Below, in pieces: positions 1-13,381 of a stretch of DNA of 64,000 bases. A program made the position numbers and the translations under genes. The notes under the pieces were generated by a model, which did not search any database, was not told the origin of the DNA, and worked only from the letters and a program-made list of their open reading frames with translations. The DNA is from Octopus vulgaris (Eukaryota), in NCBI GenBank assembly GCA_951406725.2, contig OX597831.1, positions 68,820,001-68,884,000 of the forward strand, read 5' to 3'. Each line of letters opens with the position of its first letter. Position 1 is the first letter of the stretch.

Positions 1-144
1 TTCTTGCCGAATGAATTGTGTCATGGCGCTGCTTTTCTCATAGACAATGCCCAACTGACCTACTATACTGTGTAGTCAGCAAAATCAAAAACAAACTATG
101 TGCATGCACAAAATAAAAAATATAAATGGTGACAATTTACCCAT
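1..144 (-). mobile_element. Partial second copy of the 5' end of the Tc1/maT-like element
   Basis: Aligns by eye to about 1220-1363 (TACTGTGTAGTC..AAAATCAAAAAC..ACAATTTACCCAT). Confidence 0.8.
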
Positions 145-181
145 ATTAGTAGTATATTCATATACTGACAACTCATTTTAA

Positions 182-1372
182 CAGATATATTTACCAAAAT
201 TACATAAAAACATCTTATTCAATAAAATTGCCATTGGCTACAACCACAGCTTCCAGACGACTTTGGAATCTTCTGCAATTCTTCTGGTTGGTTTCCATGT
301 TTAAGTTGGTGAATGCTGTCATAATCCTTGCCTTCAGTTCATCTTTGGTGTTACAAGGAATTTTGTTGGTCTCTCACTCAATTGTACCTACACATAATAA
401 AGAGGTTGTAGTCTGGGGGGTTAGATGGCCAGATGTTAGGAGCGATGCGGTTACAGAAATTGTCTGAGAGCCATGACTGGGTTCTCCTGCTCGTGTAGCA
501 TGGTGCAGAGTCCTGTTGCCAGACATAGGGTCTTCCAGCAGCCACCCTCTTGACCCAGGGCAGGACTACTTCCTCCAGGTACTTGATGTTGGCCTTTGTC
601 TTGTGTCTGAGGCCATATAGGAAGCTGAATTTAGGCATAATGTCACCATCACTAGTGGTCACTCCAAACACCATGATGTTGACTGGATGTTTGATTTTTA
701 TCACTCTTGGTACATATTTTGGGAACACAGCAAGCCAACAGTTTTTCTGTGTGTTCACCATCTGATCCTAGCAGAATTTCTTCTTGTCTGAGAAAAACCA
801 AAGAGGGGACGCTTGAGTTTTTCAAAAACATAGTTCTGTGGTCTTTCCTCTTGACCTTGATGGCTTGGGATAAAAATTATCCCATTCTCATCTTGTATGA
901 GGAATACTAAATGTCTTCATGCACAGCCTGATGAGAAACTCAGACACTCCCATGTCTCCGGTGATGGATCTGATTGACTTGGAGGGATTGTTGTCAATCA
1001 TGGCCTGGATCTCACCAAGAAATTCAGGAGTTCTTTTCTTATCAAAATGATCAGAGTGAGTTTTCAAAGCTGCTGTACCACTGTAATCCCCATTAGACTC
1101 ATCTAACTCTTTTTGAATCATCTGCACTCTCCTCAGATTGACACTCAAACACTCTGAAATATTCGTATTGGGGCTTCTGGTGTGAATGCCAAGCAGTACA
1201 GCATGTCACTTCCAAATTTCTGGCAGATTGAATTGCATAATGGTGCTGTTTTTCTCACAGGCGGTGCCCAACGGACCCTACCATACTGTGTAGTCAACAA
1301 AATCAAAAACACACAGTGTGCATGTGTAAAATTAAAAATATAAAATGGCAACAATTTACCCATCACACCCTG
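182..1372 (-). mobile_element. Decayed Tc1/mariner-superfamily transposon, maT (DD37D)-like transposase pseudogene
   Basis: ORF 378-761(-) has MVFGV..SDG, WQQDSAPCY and WPSNPPDYN. The spacing fits D-37-D with the last D lost by frameshift. HTH-like piece at 888-1148. Terminus CAGGGTG next to TA at 1373-1374. Left boundary approximate. Confidence 0.85.
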
Positions 1373-1427
1373 TATATATATGCCTAAACATATATATGTA
1401 TATATATATGCTTAAACACACACACAC

Positions 1428-1468
<41 letters not shown>

Positions 1469-1837
1469 TATATATATATGTATACATATTAAAGTTAACA
1501 GTAGGGAGAAGCTCGATAATCATCATGTAGAAAGAGATTTTTTTTCTTTTGCTGACCAATTTTAAATCTACAAATATACTTAGAAGTGAGCAAAGGGTTG
1601 TTATACTGTCCTTATGCAATATTTTCTTTTTTAAATACACACAAATATTTTAAATATCTCCTACTGAGCTGGTTCAGGAAAAGTGTCTAAGGTCAGCAAG
1701 CAGTGGTGTTGTAATGCTTAAATACCAAGCCCATTCTCTATTGAATATCTAAGTGAGACCATTTCAGTTGTCCTTGACTGTTATTTATTTATGTTAATGA
1801 ATATTCAATGACATTATCCTGAGTAATATCTTCTAAC

Positions 1838-2251
1838 ATCTCTCTCTTTTACTCTTTTACTTGTTTCAGTCATTTGACTGCGGCCATGCTGGAGCACCGC
1901 CTTTAGTCGAGCAAATCAACCCCAGGACTTATTCATTGTAAGCCTAGTACTTATTCTATCGGGCTCCTTTTACCGAACCGCTAAGTTATGGGGACGTAAA
2001 CACATCCGCATCGGTTGTCAAGCTATGTTGGGGGTACAAACATGGACACGCAAACATATACACACATACATATATATACATATATACGACGGGCTTCTTT
2101 CAGTTTCTGTCTACCAAATCCACTCACAAGGCTTTGGTTGGCCCGAGGCTATAGTAGAAGTCACTTGCCCAAGGTGCCACGCAGTGGGACTGAATCCAGA
2201 ACCATGTGGCTCATAAGCAAGCAACTTACCACACAGCCACTTCTATGCCTA
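1838..2251 (-). mobile_element. tRNA-derived SINE family A (CORE-like), full length
   Basis: Pol III A/B-box-like head TGGCTGTGTGGT..GGTTCAGTCC, CCTTGGGCAAGT motif, internal CA/TA tract, (TAAAAGAG)n tail; about 15 copies in the window. Confidence 0.9.
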
Positions 2252-5200
2252 TCAACACAAAATTCAAAGGAAAGGCTTAAAAAACACCAGAGTTTATGTT
2301 TATTGTATTATAATTGTTTCAGAACAAAGGCATTCAATCATGTGAACAATGACAATTGAAATTATTTAATTAAAAAGCTTTCACCTTTTACATGTAGATT
2401 CCAAAGGTCTATCAACCACGGTATGACAATGAAGTTTATACTTGCTATTAGGAAATAAATAGTGGTCAATCATTTTTATCTTTTTGTAAAAGATTATTAA
2501 CATTTATTCTGTAATAGATTTAAATAATTCATCTTCCAGCCTTAATTTATATTACATTAATCTTACAGTGTGGATAAAACTCATATATAATGAAGTTGTT
2601 ACTTCATAAAATCTTAACCATTAATCATATTAATTACTTTTAAGTTGTTATCTCACTGAACATGTGATATAGAAAAAAAAAAGGCTCTTCATGGCAATTT
2701 CGATAATAGTTTACTGAGTTGCTATCACTTTGTCAAACTGATGCTGGCATCACTTTGGCAGCTGCAGAAGAATTTTTCCTTTTTCATTTTGTACTGTCAC
2801 CAGCTTGGTTGTCATTGGAAGCTGTTCTTTTTGTGTTGTTGCTTGAGATGGCAACAACAACAACAGGAACAACGGATATTCCAAACAATTTAATTCAATT
2901 ACACCCAACAGATTTAAATAATAACAACACAAAAATAATTAATTGAACAACAACAACAACAAAGAACACCTCAAAAATAACAATAACTCATTAACACTTC
3001 AAAAATGAACAACACAAAAGAATGTTATTAATTGTACCAAAAAAAAATATTCCAAATGACAGCAAAAATTGATTGCAGCAGTCTTTTAAAAAATGTTCGT
3101 CCACAATTAGCAAACAAAATAATACCAGCTACAGTTTGATAATGCAAAACTGGCTTGTTGTTATCAAAGATTGTCATCAATATTACTAAATCTTGATCAA
3201 GAATAAAGGAACTCACTTTCGAAATTGATTTTAGCTCCCCACTCAGTACCTATAAAATAATATTTACTACTCTTCTTAGTGTTCACCAAGGTAATGCTAC
3301 AGCCTGGGTTGAGGAATACTGCTCTTCACTCACAAATTTACATTTTAGTACATTTAATAATTCAATTGCTGACACTTTAGTATGATAGTGAAATAGCAAC
3401 ACCTGAAGAAAAACTGGAACTAAAGCCAAATATGTCAGGAATTGGTTTTTGTATTTGCCAGGAGAAAAAAACTAATAGTAGTAATTATCGATTAATAATA
3501 GTTTTCTGTTACCACATAAATGAATATAATTTGACTGTTTAATTTGCTAATCATTAAATATTCTTTCACCTACTGAACTGTCTAATTATTATATGGATAG
3601 TGTCTCAGGAGAAATCCTTTACCGTTAGATTAGATCTGTGAATCTGATTACACAGTAATGCATTACTATGTAAGCTCCTGTTTATATAATAATGTCTTGA
3701 AATAGAATTCTTTATTCTGAGATAAGAATCCTGAATTACAACTGTATGTGCATGCATGTGTGTGTGTGTGTGTGTGTGTACACATGCACGTGCGAATAAT
3801 AATGTCTTGAATTTGAACTGTAAGTTTGTGTCTGTTTAGATGGTAGTATACTAATTCTGAAACAAAGAAATTCAATGTTTTTACATTTTGTGTGCTTTTG
3901 ACATAAATTCTTTAACCTAGTCAGTTTCTTGACCTCCTTTGCTTCATGATATATACAGATCAAAGATCACTAATAATATTTAATGAGTAACACACACAAT
4001 ACACACACTCATAGACACACTTACACACACACAACACACACACAAGCACACATGCATCTCATATACAAGTATATAGAATACATACAAGTATGTAAGTGTG
4101 ACTAACGGGTTGTCAACATTTGACATTTTGTTAGACAGACACTTGGAGCCAAGTTTGCAGGAATAACCCTGTAAAATTTAGACTTGTTTATGTGCAATAC
4201 TGGAGAACATTTAGAAAATGTCTGGCAATAAGAATTCTTCTTGTGTAATTTCGAATTTGATCCAATATTTTTAGGAGGCAAGAATTCAATTAATGGATTG
4301 ATAGTTGTATTTCATATCTTCTAAAAGCATGATTCCTAAATGACTTTCCAAATTTACCACCTTGCTGAAATGAACCAAGAAATTTATGGTTCTTGGCAAT
4401 ATCTTTGACTCATAAGAAAAGCAGCAAATGGCATTTTGTGCCCATACTGAGGAATATCAGCATCATTTATAATATTCTTAACTTTGGCATTATGTGTTTC
4501 TTTGACGTCATTTGGAAGGAATGAAGTAGCAAATAGCAATTTTCTTCATTATGGCTTTTTTAATGATTACGACTGATATTAAGTAATTACTGACTTGCAA
4601 AACCCATGGCAATTCCACTGGTATCACTTGTGAACACTGAGAAATTTAGCTGTCTGCAGTTGTGATGGTGGAGACAACAGTAAATAGCAAGCAATATAGA
4701 CAGAGAGAGAGAGTAAGTGAAAGAGAGGGGGGAGGGATGGAGAGGTGGATAAAGTTGCAAGATGTGTTAGGTACCAGTGAAAGATAGAAGAAAAAATATA
4801 GAAAAGAGAAATCTTAATTAAATGATACACATGCACTATTTGCTCCCCACCATCACCACCACACATATGTATACAAGCTCAAACACTGAGAACTGTAATA
4901 GTTTGTAGTGGTGATGATGCTGGTATGGTGTTCATCTCCATCTGATGAATTTTATACATTGCTTTCTTAAGAAAACAATTTTGTTATCATTTAGAAGTTA
5001 TTCTTCCTCACCTGTTTTAGCTGTTTTTATGTTGAGATTTTTTGTGATTATTTCCTCAGTTTTGCTTGCATATTTTCATTTGTAATTATTTCTTTGTCAT
5101 CACCTGATGAAGTTGTTGTACTGTTAATTATACGATCATTTATTTGTGCTACTGGGATTAACAGAGTTTTCACTCATGGTGTTCTGAAAACCAGAGTTTG

Positions 5201-5787
5201 TTTTTCTTTTCATAGTTGCAGTTGATTTTCATTATTTTCTGTTTTTACTTAATCTCCTCAGTTCATTTAAACTTTCAGCTTTGAGGTGAATTTTACTCCA
5301 ACAGATTTAACAACTAGGCTTTCTACTATACATCATCATTTTTATCCCTTGACTCAATGCCTACTACTAGACATAGTTCCATCATAGCTGTGGTCTTTGA
5401 TAGTCAGTTGAACTTGCAAGTCCAATTTGACATTCCCGACCAAACGTATTGGGGGAATTTACTTCATTTCTGTATTCTTGTACCCAGGAGATATAGAATT
5501 TTTTCTTGTCACCCTTTTATGGATTATTTCCTGCAGCAAAGAAATGCTGTTAGGTTTTACAAGATTTCCCAGCTTCATACTTTCTTGCAAATGTGATAGA
5601 TCTAAAAGTTTTATTTGATTGGTTTGTATTTGATGAATACTTAATGAATACTTAATGAACCAGTAACTTGCATGTTTTATTTCCTTTAATTATTTTATTT
5701 TAATTATTATGTCTTATTTTACTTTTTTGTGCAAATATGGGTGTGTGTATGCAAATTTATGTGTATTTGTATGGGTGTCTATATATA

Positions 5788-6020
5788 CATCATCATCGTT
5801 TAACGTCCGCTTTCCATGCTAGCATGGGTTGGACGATTTTGACAGAGGGCTGGTGAACCAGATGGTTGCACCAGTCTCCAATCTTGATTTGGCAGAGTTT
5901 CTACAGCTGGATGCCCTTCCTAATGCCAACCACTCCGAGAGTGTAGTGGGTGCTTTTTACGTGCCACCGGCACGGGGGCCAGTCAAGCGGTACTGGCAAT
6001 GACTTTGCTCGAATCCTTTT
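5788..6020 (-). mobile_element. SINE family B fragment with (GAT)n tail
   Basis: TAGGAAGGGCATCCAGCTGTAGAAAC..CCATGCTAGCATGGAAAGCGGACGTTAAAC(GAT)n, shared with the copies near 10.9, 22.6, 27.3, 33.7 and 52.5 kb. Confidence 0.85.
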
Positions 6021-6137
6021 ACACATGCCTCCACATATATAGATATTAGCATCTATGTTGACTTTCCTTGTTGTTGACGTTTTCCCCGTATAGACACAAA
6101 TGTAATTATTTACCAAATAAATTACACTTCATATTCG

Positions 6138-6219
6138 AAGCTCTGATGAAGCTATAACATGTTATTTAGGCTCTCAACTATGAGCCCATTGCATCTCATA
6201 GCAGAAACAGCTGTAACCT
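6138..6219 (+). ncRNA. Hammerhead ribozyme-like motif (type I, long stem II, weak stem I)
   Basis: CTGATGA(6143-6149), GCTAT...ATAGC stem II, GAAA, palindromic CAGCTG, TA. Confidence 0.55.
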
Positions 6220-6280
6220 AATGCAGGTCATAAAGTAATCATTTATTCTTTTGTCATCTTTCTTTCTTATATAGAAGCCC

Positions 6281-6485
6281 CTTACCTACTTGACAGTTGC
6301 ATTTCTAGCTCTGCCTTGAAGGAAGCTTTACTTCTTGGACTCATGTTTTTATGTGTAACGATGTTGTTAAACCTCCATTAACAGCACCATATGCAAGTCC
6401 TTTCCATTTCCTTTTAAGCACGGATAAATTTTTCCCTATAGACCTTAATGGTCATAAAGACGATCTATCACTGGATAGACTAAAT
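6281..6485 (+). mobile_element. Ty3/gypsy integrase C-terminal fragment (copy 1)
   Basis: Homologous to 8297-8500; encodes a VVKPPLTAPYASPF..TDKFFPIDLNGHKDDLSLDRL-like GPF/Y region. Confidence 0.7.
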
Positions 6486-6719
6486 ATATGTATGTCTGTG
6501 TACTTTTAAAATCTTAAATTGTCTTTCCATTGATGGTATGACATCTTTCATTTCTTTCTTTCATATTTGTAAATGTGTCTTTCACACACCATGTTTTCTC
6601 TTTCCATTTATAACCTCTATGAAAGTTTGATATTTTTTTGTATTTCATCAAGTCCTTGTGTATTATTATGCTACTGTATGATAATTTAGCAGGTACTTTA
6701 TCTTGATGTTTGGTAACAA

Positions 6720-7760
6720 CAAGTCCCCTCAAATCTCAAGAATTCTTCTTAGAATTCTCGCAGAATATAGAATCTTATTTCTTTATTGCCCACAAGGAGC
6801 TAAACATAGAGGGGACAAACAAGGACAGGCAAAGGGATTAAGTCGATTATATCGACCCCAGTGCGTAACTGGTACTTAATTTGTCGACCCCGAAAGGATG
6901 AAAGGCAAAGTCGACCTTGGCAGAATTTGAACGCAGAACGTAACGGCAGACAAAATACCGCTAAGCATTTCACCAAGCGTGCTAACGATTCTGCCAGCTC
7001 GCTGCCTATATTGCAGAATATAGGATGGTACTTTCCTGCAGGTTGACAATGTGAGTTTCAGCTCCAATTTCTTTCAGCCTTTTAAGTAGCATTTTGGATG
7101 TTGTGCCAAGTGTACCAATTCCTACAAGAATAATTGTTGTCATGGTATTCCACAGTCTCCTCGGCTCTCTGGTTTGATCCTGATATTTCTTAATTTTAAT
7201 TTTTATTGCTTTGATATCAACTCTGCTACCACAAGGAATTGCAAAATCTATGACCTTACACTGTTTGTTTTGTCCTCTATTATCATGGTTTTTTTTTTGC
7301 TTCAATAGTATGGTCAGTTTTTATGGTGAAGTTCCACTGTAAGATCTTGTAATTTCTATCAGAGCCTCTTGTTTGTGTTCATACCACTTTTCTATTTGTT
7401 GATGCTACACACTCATCTAACAGCCCAATGCACCCTCTTGCCTACACAGTCATGTATGTGCTTATACTCTTTTTGTGCTAGTATACTGCACTCAAAAGGT
7501 GATTGATACTTTTGTCTCCTTTCCTGCAGACTTTAAATTTGCTGCCTGACCAAGTTTTGTTGGACTTTACCATTATCACATTTGTTTTAAGGATTTGTTG
7601 TTGAGCAGCTATAATTAGCATTTCTGTCTTTCTTTTCAAGTTTGTTAACCAAAGCCAGCAATCTTTACTTCCAGCATTCTCAGCTTTATGCATGAATTGG
7701 TCTTGTAATTCTTTTTCTTTCCATTTGTTTGTCCTATTATTCTTCCTTTTCTCTTTGAAT
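6720..7760 (-). mobile_element. R4/Dong-like non-LTR retrotransposon 3' remnant (zinc-knuckle region + restriction-like endonuclease)
   Basis: TEMLIIAAQQQ..KVCRK..SINHLLS, then VIDFAIP..KIKKYQD..LW..IGTLG motifs in ORFs 7478-7693 and 7006-7305; interrupted by a SINE C. Confidence 0.8.
6775..7007 (-). mobile_element. SINE family C (Meta-domain-like) with target-site duplication
   Basis: GACTTTGCCTTTCATCCTTTCGGGGTCGA core; TSD GCAGAATATAG at 6760-6770 and 7013-7023. Confidence 0.85.
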
Positions 7761-7765
7761 TCCTA

Positions 7766-8795
7766 TTATTACTTCTGCCTCAGTGAAAGCAGAGGTATTA
7801 TTTTCAGTCAGATTTGTTTGTTCATGGACAAAATAGCTCAAGAACTGCTGGATGGATTCAGATGAAACTTTCAGAGATATTTGGCCTCATGACTGGCACA
7901 AACAGATTAGATTTGGGGATTGATCCGATACCAGACAAGGATTCTGGATTATTTATTATATTTACTCTACTTTACATGAAGTATTATGATCTTACGTTGA
8001 CTTTCAAATCTTTCTCTGATTATTTCCCTTGGAAGCACACTCACAGCTTCCATAAAAGTTATAGTGGCATTGCTGTTTCCAAAGTTATATTTTCATTTTT
8101 CTATTATTAATTTTACTTACATCTCTATCTTAGCAGAAACCGATGGATAAAGAAATCAAACTACATAAACAAATGGCAGCAAAACCGTTCAGAAATTAAG
8201 TAACAGTAACACGTTCAGTAACAATAATAAATTTAATTTATCCTCAACAATTTTTAATTTTACCTGTTTTGAATATATCACTCCTGTTTAAAACCTCTTA
8301 CCTACTTGACAGTTACATTTCTAGCTCTGCCTTGGACTAATGTTTTTGTGTGCAACAACGTTGTCAAACCTCCATTAACAGCACCATATGCAGGTCCTTT
8401 CCATTTCCTTTTATACACGGATAAATTTTTCACTATAGACCTTAATGGTTGTAAAGACACTATATCTTTGGATAGATTTAAAAAGGCCTTCATAGAGAAA
8501 ACTGTCCCTGTTCCTACTACAGACGACACACACACAGCATTACAAACACAGCCCACACACTCACCTTCTCATTCCACGACTACCATTGGGATCGATCAGG
8601 TACTGGACAAGAATTCTGGATTATTTTTCCAGTTTTTTTAATTAATTTCTGAGAGCACTTGGGTTCATTTTTAGTATTCTTGTTTGTGAGAGCAGTAGAG
8701 TTTATTTCAGATTTTAAAAATCATCTCCAGCTAATTGTTGAGAGGACATTGGTGTTGCCTTCGTAGAGGTTTGCACTCTCTGAGTGCTCTTATTA
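7766..8795 (+). mobile_element. Non-autonomous Helentron (HINE/DINE-1-like) carrying a gypsy integrase fragment
   Basis: 5' TTATTACTTCTGCC sub-terminal repeat, 3' GTAGAGGT plus hairpin GCACTC-TCT-GAGTGC, internal repeat at about 7916 and 8588; ORF 8306-8641 contains KPPLTAPYAGPF..DTISLDRFKKAF. Confidence 0.65.
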
Positions 8796-9871
8796 TTATT
8801 ATTCGAATTGCCCAGTGATATTTTTTCCTGACTTGTTACATTGAGTTCAAATTCCACCAAGGTCAATTTTGCCTCTCATTCTTTCATGAACAATGAAAAA
8901 AGTGCCAGTTAAGTACTGCGGCTGATGTAATCAACTTACCTTTCCCTTCAAAATTGCTGGCCTTGCACTAAAATTAGAAAGAAATATGGTTATTAGTAAT
9001 TGTATCAAATTTTAGCTCTAGTCCAACAATTTTAGTGGGTGGAGTTAGTTTAATTTATCAACCACAATACTTGCTTGGTACTTTGTGTTACTGACCTCAA
9101 AAAGGACAAAAGACAAAGTTGACCATCACAGGATTTGAATATAATTAGTCAGAACAAACATTGCAAAGCATTTGTTCAGACCCTTCAAATGAGGTTCTGC
9201 TGGACCAATACACACAATATGAAGTGTGTGATACAAAAGGGACTAAAACACATTGAGTTGTACAGATATTTGTAACAAACTGAAATATAGCAAAACTACA
9301 ATATCTTTTATTAGTTTAAAGCTAGTACACAAAAATAGATTCGAGCAACTTAACTACAAAGCAGTGAGTTGCCATCACTTGTGGAGGATTAATACACTCA
9401 TGAATCTGAACACTTTCAGATTTTCTAACACACATCTTTGATTTTATCCAAATCATGAAATCTCCAAGATCTCTTGTGTAGTTCTTTAACTGGCAACATA
9501 TTGATGGTGTTGTTTCTAACAACTGCCAGGCCTCAAGAGTCTTTTGGTCTCTTTCCCTGTTTTTTCTTCGACCAGGATAGGGTTCTTTCTCTTCATCCCT
9601 TGTCGCTATACTGAAAAAAAACACTGCTAAGCATCATCTCCAGTTAAATCATCATCCCCACTGAAATGCTCTACACTCTTTCCTTTATCTTTTAGTTATT
9701 TCAGTCATCTGACTGTAGCCATGCTGGGACTCCACCTTGAAGGGTTTCAGTAAAACATATTGACTCCAGTATTTACTTTTTAAAGCCTAGTACTTATTCC
9801 ATAAGTCTCTTTTTCTGAACTGTTAAGTTACAAGGTCATAAAGACACCCACATGGACATGTATATATATAT

Positions 9872-9925
9872 ATAAGAGTTACAGAATGGAGTAGATAAGT
9901 TGTGCTCCATTCCGTAACTCTTGTA
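9872..9925. repeat. Hairpin inverted repeat next to a (TA)n tract
   Basis: AAGAGTTACAGAATGGAG / CTCCATTCCGTAACTCTT with one mismatch and a 13-nt loop. Confidence 0.75.
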
Positions 9926-10161
9926 TTATTCTTTGCACAGCCAGCAACCCTGGTCACCTACTGTGAAATATCAAAAGAAACTTTTTCGTTTTATCGTACT
10001 TTGATATAAAAAAATTCCACAACCTTCCCTCTCAATAAACCAATATTGTCCCTGAAAATTGTTTTTTTATATTTACTATGGATTGCTTGAAGCTAACTTT
10101 CTTCTAACACCTCAATCCCTAAATCTTACATTTATATATATATATATATATATTTGTTATA

Positions 10162-11008
10162 TGTGGTACCAATGCCGGTGGCACACAAGAAAACCATCCG
10201 AATGTGGCGGTAGCCAGTACCACATCGACTGGCCTCCGTGCTGTGGGCACGTAACAAACACCATCCGATCGTGGCCGTTCGCCAGCCTCATCTGGCACCT
10301 GTGTTGGTGGCACATAAAAACACCATCCAAAGACCCGGCAAGACTAGTCAGGCCATAACCCGTGGCCCCTACCTGGGACGTAGTCAGTCCACCTGTGCAT
10401 ACCTTCCTTCTTATGACACTTGTGAAGACCTGTTGAGGCAAGTATGTGACACTTGTGAAGACCTGTTGAGGCAAGTGTGTGACACTTGTGAAGACCTGTT
10501 GAGGCAAGTGAAAATCAAACCAAATCAAAATAGATGAACATCAATGGAATTTGTATCTTTGTGGTACCAGTGCCGGTGGCACACAAGAAAACCATCCGAA
10601 CGTGGCCGTAGCCAGTACCGCATCGACTGGCCTCCGTGCTGTGCGCACATAAACACCATCCGATCGTGGCCGTTCGCCAGCCTCATCTGGCACTTGTGTC
10701 GGTGGCACATAAAAACACCATCCGAGCGTGGCCGTCTGCCAGCCTCATCTGGCACCTGTGTCGGTGGCACATAAAAAACACCATCCGAGCGTGGCCGTTC
10801 GCCAGCCTCGTCTGGCACCTGTGTCGGTGGCACATAAAATCACCCACTACACTCTCGGAGTGGTTGGCGTTAGGAAGGGCATCCAGCTGTAGAAACACTG
10901 CCAGATCTGACTGGCCTGGTGCAGCCTTCGGGCTCCCCAGACTCCAGTTGAACCGTCCAACCCATGCTAGCATGGAAAGCAGGCGTTAAATGATGATGAT
11001 GATGATGA
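10162..11008 (+). mobile_element. SINE family B composite with internally amplified units
   Basis: Repeated GGTGGCACATAAAAACACCATCCGAGCGTGGCCG units, duplicated block (about 10162-10328 vs 10560-10722), (GAT)n tail at 10991-11008. Confidence 0.85.
10414..10510. repeat. 33-bp minisatellite, three copies
   Basis: TGACACTTGTGAAGACCTGTTGAGGCAAGTRTG starting at 10414, 10447 and 10480, no spacers. Confidence 0.95.
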
Positions 11009-11180
11009 TATATATATGTATATATATATTGGTTGATAGGGATATAAACTCCCAGTGTGCACTGGCTTGCAGCAGAAACATGTGTAGGTACTGACTTGTA
11101 AAGACGTGACTAACTGTATGATAAAATCTGGGTATTTAAATCTGTTCTGCTAATTTTTATTAATTCATAAATAGCGAGAC

Positions 11181-11233
11181 CTGCTGATGAGAAATTAGAG
11201 AGTAATCTCAAAGTTTGAAATCATATGATACAG
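11181..11233 (+). ncRNA. Type I hammerhead ribozyme-like motif
   Basis: CTG-CTGATGA-G-AAATT(A GAGA GTAA TCTC AA)AGTTT-GAAA-TCATATGA-TA-CAG; only 3 bp of stem I. Confidence 0.6.
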
Positions 11234-12121
11234 AGATACCTGTAACTTCATTTGCAACCATCAGCTGTGGTGGCAAGTTAATTTCTTTGCCCGTTCTTTG
11301 ATTTTTGTCAGCCTGTTGTGTTTTCAGTGAAATGGAGGCTTATTAGAATATTTTTCAACTCATATTTACAGCAACACTGGTGCCTCGTGAATCCCCAATT
11401 ATAACTATTGATTGATTATAAACATTTATGGATCTACTCTTTTATTGGCTTTCATACTTGCTGGATACTTATATTATTATCATTATTATTTATTGATTTA
11501 CTGCTAATGATAATAATATCTATATTTACTCAGGCTTCTTTTAGTTTTTGTCTACCAAATCCACTTATAAGGCTTTGACTAATCTGAGCTTATAATTAGA
11601 CGATGCTTGCCCAAGATGCAATACAGTGAGACTGAAACCAGAACTATTGGTAGGGAAGCAAGCTTCTTCTCCCACAGACATACCTGCACCTACATAATAG
11701 CAATTTTTTTAACAGTCCACATTACTTGTCTATCAAGAGTTTAGGGATTTTACTGAGTGGATGTGACACACTTCACATTACAGTCAGAGTCAAAAATGTT
11801 CAAAGATAATTTGGAAGTGACCAGCTTGCAGAAGTGATCAGAAATTGGTTGTAATTGTGGAATTCACTGGTTTTATGTCTGTGGCAACTTCTCACCTAAA
11901 TGAGATTGTTTTATTTGCTTCATTTTCATATATTCCTGTAATCGTTTTATGTGTCAAATCTTTGTGTCAAATGTGTGAAATCTTTAATTGTGTCAAATCT
12001 TCAATTGTGTCAAATGTGTCAAATCTTCAATTGTGTCAAATTGTCAAATGCTATATTAAGGTATTCCTTAATATATCATATGACAATTTTGTTTTTCGCC
12101 ACTTCACACACACACACACAT

Positions 12122-12156
<35 letters not shown>

Positions 12157-12985
12157 TGCATGCACGCACACACACACACAGTCATTCCACCACATCCTGT
12201 AAAGACTTTTGTAAACATATTCTTCACTAAATGGGAATGAAGGTGAAAATTTGAAAAAACATAAACACCATCAATAGCTTTTCATCCTCTGTTGGCACTG
12301 AAAGTAGAGCTTAAATTAACCCAGTGCCAAAAGAAGCATGTGGTATAGGGTCTTTGTTTATAAGTGCCCAGCACAAATTGTGTGCAAGCTATCAACTCTG
12401 GTTAAATGACTCTGTACGTTCTCTGTCACAGCAAAACTGAACTGCCTTCAAATATGATTGATCTAATATGCAGAACAATTCCAAGCATCAATTCACTTTA
12501 AATTAAACCAATTACAATAATGAAGTTGAATGGCGACCGTAAATGGTCAGACTTACTCCATTTTTGTCTGATGTTAATTAATAGCCTTGCCATTCTGTTT
12601 CTCCATTGTGATGCATTAAACTTGTCATACAGTAATTAAGCTTTATTATTTTTCTCATAAATTAGATCAGTAAATGAATCACATTATTACTGATATATTA
12701 CAAAACACAGTAATGTTAAGCATCTTTGTTAAATTGAATCAGAATTTTTAAACAAGTTTATTGTTCACACAGTCTCTATTTTAACCTTGTGCCATCCATG
12801 GACAACCTGCAGCTTGTGTGAGTTTCTGAATCGCATGTCTAAAGAAAGGTGTCCTGCACTTTTATTGGTTGTATGGCCCACCTGATGATGAGTCATATCT
12901 CATGTGGCCTGCTTCTTGGGAGAGGTTGCTCATGCCTGCCTCATGCAATTAAGTAAAACTATATAGTGCATATGGTGGGGTGCTG

Positions 12986-13204
12986 GCAGAATCGTTAGCA
13001 TGCCAGGCGAAATGCATAGCCGTATTTCATCTGTCGTTACGTTCCGAGTTCAATATTCCGCCAAGGTCGACTTTGCCTTTCATCCTTTCGGGGTCGATAA
13101 ATTAAGTACCAGTTATGCGCTGGGGTCGATGTAATCGACTTAACCCCTTTGTCTGTCTTTGTTTGTCCCCTCTGTGTTTAGTCCTTTGTGGGTAGTAAAG
13201 AAAT
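12986..13204 (+). mobile_element. SINE family C with 16-bp TSD, inserted at the end of a mariner-type MITE
   Basis: ATATGGTGGGGTGCTG at 12970-12985 and 13205-13220. Confidence 0.9.
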
Positions 13205-13211
13205 ATATGGT

Positions 13212-13381
13212 GGGGTGCTGAAAAGTACCTGGCTTTGGGTAAAAGAAAATACAGGAGAATTAGTTAATTAGGATTTTATGCAACATATCCCCCTCTTAGA
13301 TTTACACACTTACTGCAGTAGTCCTACAGTTTTTATAAGCCCTGTAAAAGAACTCGGGTTCCTGATGCATTTCAGCACCCC
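13212..13381. mobile_element. Mariner-like MITE
   Basis: Terminal inverted repeats GGGGTGCTGAAA / TTTCAGCACCCC. Confidence 0.65.

Noticed and set aside
2690-5620. Coding-like unique sequence as host exons
   Set aside because: Frames I translated are interrupted by stops and show no recognisable domain; possibly very old TE sequence, needs BLASTX or RNA-seq.
10414-10510. 33-bp direct repeats as a CRISPR array
   Set aside because: Head-to-tail with no spacers, inside a SINE, eukaryotic context, no cas genes.
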